A stretch of DNA of 63,917 bases, filler included, from Octopus bimaculoides (taxonomy: Eukaryota), in NCBI RefSeq assembly GCF_001194135.2. It is 5 parts of 5 records of this genome, joined end to end, with 100 filler letters (N's around TTAATTAATTAA, not from the genome) between each part and the next. Parts side by side here need not be neighbours in the genome. Positions count along the whole stretch, not along the records: positions 1 to 15,630 come from NC_068981.1; positions 15,731 to 36,348 come from NC_069005.1; 3 more parts are not named here. One strand, 5' to 3'. Shown in pieces: positions 13,401-21,400 of the stretch (its first letter is position 1; each line of letters opens with the position of its first letter). The notes below the pieces were generated by a model that had not been told where the DNA came from, made no database searches, and saw only the letters and a list, made by a program, of their open reading frames with translations. The position numbers and the translations under genes were made by a program.

Positions 13401-13779
13401 TACAAATAAAGAAGTTATGCTTATATATTTCAGCGCCAATCTCACAGACATTTTTATTAAACAATTGCTTCTGTTCGCCACAAGTGACACTTTACATAAA
13501 CATCCATAAATGTCCAAGGCCTACCTTCTCCATTGACAAAGGGCTATTGCACGAAACATAAAGTAAGATCTTCCCCTTTTATCTGCAACATCTAATAATG
13601 TATGCTTCTCAGTGTCTTCGTTCTTGATATCTTTGGATCCTTTATCACATGCTAGAGGAAAATCCACCTTTGATTGTACATACATACATACATACATATA
13701 CCTTCATCTGACTCACCTCCTCTCTTCTCTTCATCTGACACCTACTTCCTCGCTTCACTCTTACCTTCTCTCTTCATTG

Positions 13780-14180
13780 ATACCACCCCACCCCGTCCAT
13801 ACATCCTACCCCCACATCCTTACCCATACCCATATCCCCACCACACACTATCCCACATCCCCACTCCACCCACACCTCATACCCTATCTCCATATCCCAA
13901 TCCACACCCCACACCGCCACAATCCATACCACCCCATACCACTCCCCACTCACCAGCACGTTACAGACGCACACACTTACACACGCACACACACTAGCAC
14001 TGACCACTTCCCAACACCCACACCATACACCATCATCCACAGATCCACACTCCACTATATGAGCAGCCACACGTTACAGATGCACATACTTACACACACA
14101 CTCACCCACACTCGTCAAAGTCACCAGCCCCTATCCACACACAAATATTTACGCATTCTCACATACACGCGTACGCACAC
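13780..14180. repeat. Degenerate C/A-rich low-complexity tract
   Basis: CCCCAC/CCATAC/CACAC-rich with very few G. It explains the H/P/T-rich ORFs in the track. Confidence 0.8.
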
Positions 14181-14463
14181 CTTCGTTTTGGGATCAACAA
14201 TACATTATTATCTCCCCTTCTTTCATCCTCTTCTTTCGAACTTTATTTTTTCTAATCAGTCGCACTGCTTGACCTCTAAATCTACAAGTTTTCTTTATCA
14301 TCTCTGTTTATTTTCACTTATTCCTTTCTGTTGAAGAGTATAGGTTCGAAACGAAAAAGACTTTTTCACTTTCCCGAGCGTCAAACTAACACACCTGCTT
14401 GTTGTTCATACACCTGTCTTCGTCTTTTGTTTTTCTATAAATGTCAACTATATATACATACGT

Positions 14464-14504
<41 letters not shown>

Positions 14505-15730
14505 NNNNNNNNNNNNNNNNNNNNNNNNNNNNNNNNNNNNNNNNNNNNNNNNNNNNNNNNNNNNNNNNNNNNNNNNNNNNNNNNNNNNNNNNNNNNNNNN
14601 NNNNNNNNNNNNNNNNNNNNNNNNNNNNNNNNNNNNNNNNNNNNNNNNNNNNNNNNNNNNNNNNNNNNNNNNNNNNNNNNNNNNNNNNNNNNNNNNNNNN
14701 NNNNNNNNNNNNNNNNNNNNNNNNNNNNNNNNNNNNNNNNNNNNNNNNNNNNNNNNNNNNNNNNNNNNNNNNNNNNNNNNNNNNNNNNNNNNNNNNNNNN
14801 NNNNNNNNNNNNNNNNNNNNNNNNNNNNNNNNNNNNNNNNNNNNNNNNNNNNNNNNNNNNNNNNNNNNNNNNNNNNNNNNNNNNNNNNNNNNNNNNNNNN
14901 NNNNNNNNNNNNNNNNNNNNNNNNNTATATATATATATATATATATATGTATAAAGAACTTACTATGGACAAGGCTGTGTGGCGTTTATATATATAATAC
15001 TTTTAGGAAAATTTCTCGATAGAGTCACAATATTTCGAAAAGGATTTTCTTAAACTAAAATTTATTAATGATATAAGAAATCCATTGAAAAATAAAATAA
15101 AAACAGATTAACATAGACATTCCATGTATATTTATCACAGACATGCCATAGCGGAAGACTACCGTCCAGACTAAAACTGTAAATATTAATTATTATATGT
15201 AGGTCAATGACTTTTAATTCATTTACATCTTATATTTAATATTTAATAATGCTAATTTAATGCAAATGATTCAGTATATAATTAAGTATATCTCAACTAT
15301 TTTAATGTTAGACACACAGAGTTTCCAGTGCTTAACCACAAATTTATATTAATCTAACGGGTAATGTTATTAAGCTCACACCATATAAGTTTAGCTCCAG
15401 TACGAATTAGTATCCTGATAGCAGAAGTTATTCTGCCTTTATTCAATGTCATTCGTAAGTGTGGGGTGTGCAGCTCTGTATTACATAACCTATGTTTTCC
15501 ACTAATTATTGAATCAATTTTAAGAGACATTTTATTTGATGTGAGTACATAAAATAATATGATTGTGTGCGTGTATATATGTAAATATAACTATGTAGTG
15601 CAAATATATATATATATATATATATATATANNNNNNNNNNNNNNNNNNNNNNNNNNNNNNNNNNNNNNNNNNNNTTAATTAATTAANNNNNNNNNNNNNN
15701 NNNNNNNNNNNNNNNNNNNNNNNNNNNNNN

Positions 15731-15862
15731 GTCAGGCGGTACTGGCAACGGCCACGCTCAAAATGGTGTCTTTTATGTGCCACCCGCACAAGAGCCAGTC
15801 CAGGGGCACTGGCAACGATCTCGCTCGAAAATCCTATGAAGGCCAGTCAGGCGGTACTGACG
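15731..15862. mobile_element. RTE-type 3'-tail-related repeat fragment
   Basis: Contains TTTTATGTGCCACCCGCAC and an internal direct repeat of GTCAGGCGGTACTG (15731 and ~15847). It resembles the 3' segment of RTE-associated repeats, such as 56200-56400. Confidence 0.4.
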
Positions 15863-16025
15863 ACGGGCTTCTTTCAGTTTCCGTCTACCAAATCCACTCA
15901 CAAGGCTTTGGTCGGCCCGAGGCTATAGTAGAAGACACTTGCCCAAGGTGCCACGCAGTGGGACTGAACCCAGAACCATGTGGTTGGTAAGCAAGCTACT
16001 TACCACACAGTCAATCCTACGCCTA
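15863..16025 (-). mobile_element. CORE-like tRNA SINE family B
   Basis: The minus strand has A-box-like TGACTGTGTGG, B-box-like GGTTCAGTCCC and the CORE-like signature CCTTGGGCAAGTG. It is near-identical to 17985-18148 and 32678-32832. Confidence 0.85.
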
Positions 16026-16027
16026 TA

Positions 16028-16110
16028 GTCTGATCACCAAAGTTAAGCAATGTCGAGCCTAGTCAGTTCTTAGATGGGTGACTGCTTGGGAAACCTAGGT
16101 GCTGTAAATC
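16028..16110 (+). pseudogene. Degenerate 5S rRNA 3' fragment (pseudogene or SINE3 head)
   Basis: GTCTGATCACCAAAGTTAAGCAATGTCGAGCCTAGTCAGTTCTTAGATGGGTGACTGCTTGGGAAACCTAGGTGCTGTA aligns without gaps, by eye, to metazoan 5S from about nt 39 on (GTCTGATCTCGGAAGCTAAGCAGGGTCGGGCCTGGTTAGTACTTGGATGGGAGACCGCCTGGGAATACCGGGTGCTGTA). The 5' ~38 nt are missing. Confidence 0.8.
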
Positions 16111-16125
16111 TCCTTCGTTCCTTCA

Positions 16126-16730
16126 GGCAGCGAGCTGGCAGAAACGTTAGCACGCCGGGCGAAATGTTTTTCAGTATTTTGTCTGCCGTTATGTTTTGAG
16201 TTCAAATTCCGCCGAGGTCGACTTTGCCTTTCATCCTTTCAGGGTCAATAAATTAAGTACCAGTTACGCACTGGGGTCGATGTAATCGAGTTAATCCTTT
16301 TGTCTGTCCTTGTTTGTCCCCTCTATGTTTAGCCCCTTGTGGGCAATAAAGAAATAAGANNNNNNNNNNTGAGTTCAAATTCCGCCGAGGTCGACTTTGC
16401 CTTTCATCCTTTCAGGGTCAATAAATTAAGTACCAGTTACGCACTGGGGTCGATGTAATCGAGTTAATCCTTTTGTCTGTCCTTGTTTGTCCCCTCTATG
16501 TTTAGCCCCTTGTGGGCAATAAAGAAATAAGAAACATTAGCACACCGGCCAAAATACTTAATGGTATTTCGTCTGTCTTTATGTTCTGAGTTCAAATTCT
16601 GCCAAAGTCGACTTTGCCTTTCATCCTCTTGGGGGGGTCGATAAAGTAAGTACCAGTTGCGTACTGGGGTTGATCTTATCAACTGGCCTCCTCTCCCAAA
16701 ATTCCAAACCTTGCGCCTATAGTAGAAAAG
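16126..16730 (+). mobile_element. SINE family A dimer (tail-1 unit then tail-2 unit), with an assembly-duplicated stretch at 16370-16530
   Basis: Head GGCAGCGAGCTGGCAGAAACGTTAGC, B box GAGTTCAAATTCC, tail-1 ...CCCCTTGTGGGCAATAAAGAAATAAG, then a second unit ending ...CCTTGCGCCTATAGTAGAAAAG. Confidence 0.85.
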
Positions 16731-16989
16731 AATAGTTCTACTTTATGACTTGTTTGACATTGTCAAAAACAAACATCGCACATGTATACATTTTCTGTCT
16801 GTCTGTCTGTCTGTCTCTCTCTCATTCTCTTCTTCAGACATCCATAAGCACGTCTTATGGACACTTGACCTACATATTTCATACTATCTCCTCCAATTAG
16901 TCAACTTATCTCTGTCTATGAACAACACGAATGCACACACTTCAAATATTCATTGCTTTCTTATCTACAGTTAAACAGCCATCACTATA

Positions 16990-17209
16990 CGATGGGGTGC
17001 TGAAAAGTTCCTGGCTTTGAGTAAAAGAAAATAGAGGAGGCTCAGTTAATTGTGATTTTATGCAATATATTCCCCCTCTCAGATTCACACAGTTATTGCA
17101 GCGATCCTTCAGTTTTTCTAAGCCCTGTAAAAGAACTTTGAAGTTTGGGTCTCCAACCATTTGCCTTTTGCGATGCCCTTAAAATCAGGAACTTTCCAGC
17201 ACCCACTTG
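16990..17209 (-). mobile_element. Mariner-derived MITE (~220 bp)
   Basis: TIRs CGATGGGGTGCTGAAAAGTTCCTGG / CAAGTGGGTGCTGGAAAGTTCCTGA, with TA at the left end. The minus strand retains the mariner C-terminus GLEKLKDRCNNCVNLRG. Confidence 0.8.
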
Positions 17210-17417
17210 TGTGGGTCATTCAGAGTTTTCTTTCCTCAGTCAATACAAATTGGATGGGGTTGGAGGGTCGGATGGCAGTGGCTGAGAATGGCAAATGATG
17301 CCTGGATTGAAGAGCTGGAGGAATGCAAGAAGAAACCAGTAACAGCATAGTAATAGTGATGCAGCTGACATGGGGAGGAGAAGGGAGGGATGATGTGTTT
17401 GGGCAGGCCACAGGAGA

Positions 17418-17462
<45 letters not shown>

Positions 17463-17984
17463 NNNNNNNNNNNNNNNNNNNNNNNNNNNNNNNNNNNNNN
17501 NNNNNNNNNNNNNNNNNNNNNNNNNNNNNNNNNNNNNNNNNNNNNNNNNNNNNNNNNNNNNNNNNNNNNNNNNNNNNNNNNNNNNNNNNNNNNNNNNNNN
17601 NNNNNNNNNNNNNNNNNNNNNNNNNNNNNNNNNNNNNNNNNNNNNNNNNNNNNNNNNNNNNNNNNNNNNNNNNNNNNNNNNNNNNNNNNNNNNNNNNNNN
17701 NNNNNNNNNNNNNNNNNNNNNNNNNNNNNNNNNNNNNNNNNNNNNNNNNNNNNNNNNNNNNNNNNNNNNNNNNNNNNNNNNNNNNNNNNNNNNNNNNNNN
17801 NNNNNNNNNNNNNNNNNNNNNNNNNNNNNNNNNNNNNNNNNNNNNNNNNNNNNNNNNNNNNNNNNNNNNNNNNNNNNNNNNNNNNNNNNNNNNNNNNNNN
17901 NNNNNNNNNNNNNNNNNNNNNNNNNNNNNNNNNNNNNNNNNNNNNNNNNNNNNNNNNNNNATATATATATATATACATATATAC

Positions 17985-18148
17985 GACGGGCTTCTTTCAG
18001 TTTCCGTCTGCCAAATCCACTCACAAGGCTTTGGTCGGCCTGAGGCTATAGTGGAAGACACTTGCCCAAGGTGCCACGCAGTGGGACTGAACCCGGAACC
18101 ATGTGGTTGGTAAGCAAGCTACTTACCACACAGTCACTCCTACGCCTA
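17985..18148 (-). mobile_element. CORE-like SINE family B
   Basis: Near-identical to 15863-16025; lies ~310 bp upstream of the large ORF. Confidence 0.85.
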
Positions 18149-18385
18149 TTTTAATTTTAATTGTTTGAGACAATGAAGTTTTGAGAAGCTAATATTTTAA
18201 CAGAAATAATAAATGTTGTTTCGGATCTCATTTCAGGTTTTGTATGAAATTGGTAAACGTCCTACTCATTCCAGCATGGAAAACAGTCGTTAAATGTTGA
18301 TGATGATGACGATGATGATGAAGCAGTGATAAATTTCATTTGAAAGATGAGAAGGAAACAAAAAAACTAAAGCAAGAAAAAAAAA

Positions 18386-18422
<37 letters not shown>

Positions 18423-18462
18423 AGTTCATATAAAAAAAAAAGAGTTACTAAACATTGCAAAA

Positions 18463-21400
18463 ATGCTGAAGATTAAGAAGATTAACGAAGAAAACAAAAT
18501 GTTGGCTATCGACATTCCTTCTAAAGAACATAACATGTTAATTAGTGCTAAAGCATTTGACGAGGTGTCAATTCTTGGTAAAGTGTGCAATAAAGGCAGC
18601 ACTAAGAAAGCCGATAAAGAACAGAAAATAACTAAACTATCTCTTCATCATATCATCACATGTACTCGAACATTAGTTAAAGGACAGTACATCGATATGT
18701 TTATAGACTTTGTAAAGGAGAAGTGTAATGACATACAAAGTATGGGGTTAGACAGATATCGTTTCTTAAGAAATATCAAACGCGAAATGAAACACTTTCT
18801 GGAATATACTAAAAAAAACAATGAGTTTGTTCTCCAGAACCTTGACTGGTTTCATGGCCAACTGTTTGACATATATACGGCCAGCAATCCCTACGCCCGC
18901 AAGAGCATCACAATGCCAAAGCCATTGCTTAAATTTCACCCACTTTCATCAGTTGAGTGCAGGAAATTAAAGTTTGAAGTTTCTGGGGAAGACCTTCCCA
19001 ACTTCATATCACATGTTGTCCCAACCAGTGGCGGAATAGTAACATATACATCACATATGATGACAATATGTTATGCCACAACCGATGGTAGTTCCAATGT
19101 TGTACATTGTCCTTCTCCTATCACAGACATGGACAGAATTGGTGAAGACTCTGTGTTGGCCACAATTCCATTTAAGAAGAAAATTCTCGTCATTAGCCCC
19201 ACAAGCTGTAACATGAAAACACTGGATTATGGTTTTCATAAGATTTCTTATTTCAAACAATCTACCTTTCTAGGTACTGAACTATTCGGTAAGATAATGT
19301 ATCTCATAGATTGGGATGACAATCAAGTCAAAGAAAAATTTAGCCTGAAACACATACCTACAAATATAGTTGTAGGTCCACAATATCGCATCTTGGTGAC
19401 ATCAGCAAATATAAACACAATTAGTTGTTACGATCTAGATGGCAGACAACTGTTTCATCTGAGTACCCAATCTACTGACATTCAAATAGACCTCGCTGTC
19501 TATCAAAACTATTTTTATGCCGTACAAGGAAATATCATTTACAAGATTTCACCAACTGGTGCCATGTCACAGAGAGAACTTAAGATAAAAGCTCGATATA
19601 TTTCTCTGTGTACAAATAATATTCTTTTGGTTGATTATGCCGGTGTTGTACATACCACAAGGACAGATAGTAATTTTTGGCCTCGGTTTTCTAACCACCA
19701 ACAAGAATGCACTCCCTCTTTGAAAGACCAAATTGACATCGATGACCCTTACAACATTAGAAAGATTCTACCTATGTCAGCCTCTTCAGTATTAATTGTA
19801 TATGAGGATCTAAAAGTTATGTTAATCATTCACGAAGGGCAACGGTTTGGTAAAACGTTTTTAACATTTAAGAGCAAACCTTCTGTCTTTTGTAGAGTAG
19901 ACTCAAACAGATTTCTCGTCCTGTTTCGTGAAGACCGTAAACTTCAGTATATTACATGCCCCCAACTAACTGAAGGCCATTTAATAGGCGTCGATAGTGA
20001 TTATAGTCAAATGTGTCATATAGTATCAAATAAGTGTTTGGCTCTGACCACCAGTGGAAACAAAGCGGAGGTACATATCTTATTGATTAAGGAGGACAAC
20101 GTTGAGACTATAAACAGAATTTCATTGGAACATGGTGATGTTGTCATTGCTGCAACTCCAGTGAATTTTGTAGTTGCAGACAAGAGGGAACATAGACTAT
20201 TATTTTTTTCAAGTTCTGGTGAAAGACTTTTTAAAAGACTCATTGATTTCAATGGCTATCCTCATTATATCTTTGCAGACAATTTATACTTCTATGTTAT
20301 CTTCAGAAGAGAGTCTATGATGACATGTTACGATATAACTGGAGAAATGAAATGGCAGTTGAAACTTCCTTCAAATTTTAGCCTTGACAGTGCTGTTTTC
20401 CAAGGAACTGCTTACGTACTGGATTTCCTACTGAGTAGGGTTCTTCTTTACAAGTATCATAATGCATCCCGTTGTTATTCAAACTTTAAAAACCCTTACA
20501 TTAGAAATTTAGATATACGACTCAAAGAAAATAGAAAAATTCTCATTGCTGGAATGTATCATCTGCCAAATGGACAGCGGGTGGTGTCTGACATTAACAA
20601 CAATTGCTTGTTATACATTTGTAATGAAGGAGATATTGTAGCCACGTTATATTTGCCATCTGTTGCAACAGATATATGTCAATGGGATTGTAATCAAATA
20701 GGTGTCATATTGCCCTTGGAGAAACAATTACGGCTTATAGGAAACCTGTCTAAGAAAGTTAGAATTGTAGCATTAAGCCACCCTTATGTAAAGGTGCGTA
20801 AGCTGGGTGAAGGTCAGATTGTTTGCTATTGTGATAAACCATCACATTTAGACATTGTATCGATTGAAAACCACAACCAAGGGAAAGTAATCTCTACAAT
20901 CTCTATTCCTTTTGTACTCAAGTCATTAGCAGTAGAAAATGACACGCAAAATGTATTGATTGTGGCTAAGGAAAAAGTATTTCTTTACAAGACTACTACT
21001 ACTACTAGGAGGAGGAGGAGGGGGAGTAGGATTAAAAAGAAGAAGAGAAGCATGATCCCCAGTGTTTTACTGTCCCAAGTGAAACCTCCACCCAATCTCT
21101 TTGGTGGATGTATTGATAATATGTTTGTTTATCTGATAGACAACAGTCGTATGTTTGCTATAAATGATCATAACTTGGTGGTGACAGATCATGTTGCAAA
21201 CAAACAGCTTAATATGCACATTGATTTGGTAGATGTATTTTCTAGAAACATTTGTGTTAGTGAAATGTTTTCTTCAACAGTACATGTAGAGGATCTGACA
21301 GTTTCTGATAAACCTCATTATTTTGTTGTTCCTCGATGTTCCCGAGACAAAAAACAGCCAATGTGCAAGGATTTGGTTATTACTGAAAATAACCTGATTG

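Noticed and set aside
13612-14334. 240-aa His/Pro/Thr-rich ORF
   Set aside because: Translation of a degenerate C/A-rich tract, with no ATG start or domain.
15676-15687. TTAATTAATTAA word recurring inside N runs (also 36393-36404, 60248-60259, 62841-62852)
   Set aside because: A six-frame stop linker inserted during scaffolding; it is always centred in a run of Ns and is not biological.
16370-16530. Exact repeat of ~16198-16339 right after a 10-N gap
   Set aside because: The copies flank the gap on either side, the classic unmerged contig overlap or haplotype artefact.
18340-18462. 41-codon N-terminal extension of the large ORF given in the track
   Set aside because: It starts at TTG and runs through poly-A and (TA)n (KKKYIYIYIY). 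ATG 18463 is more credible, though an upstream exon cannot be excluded.
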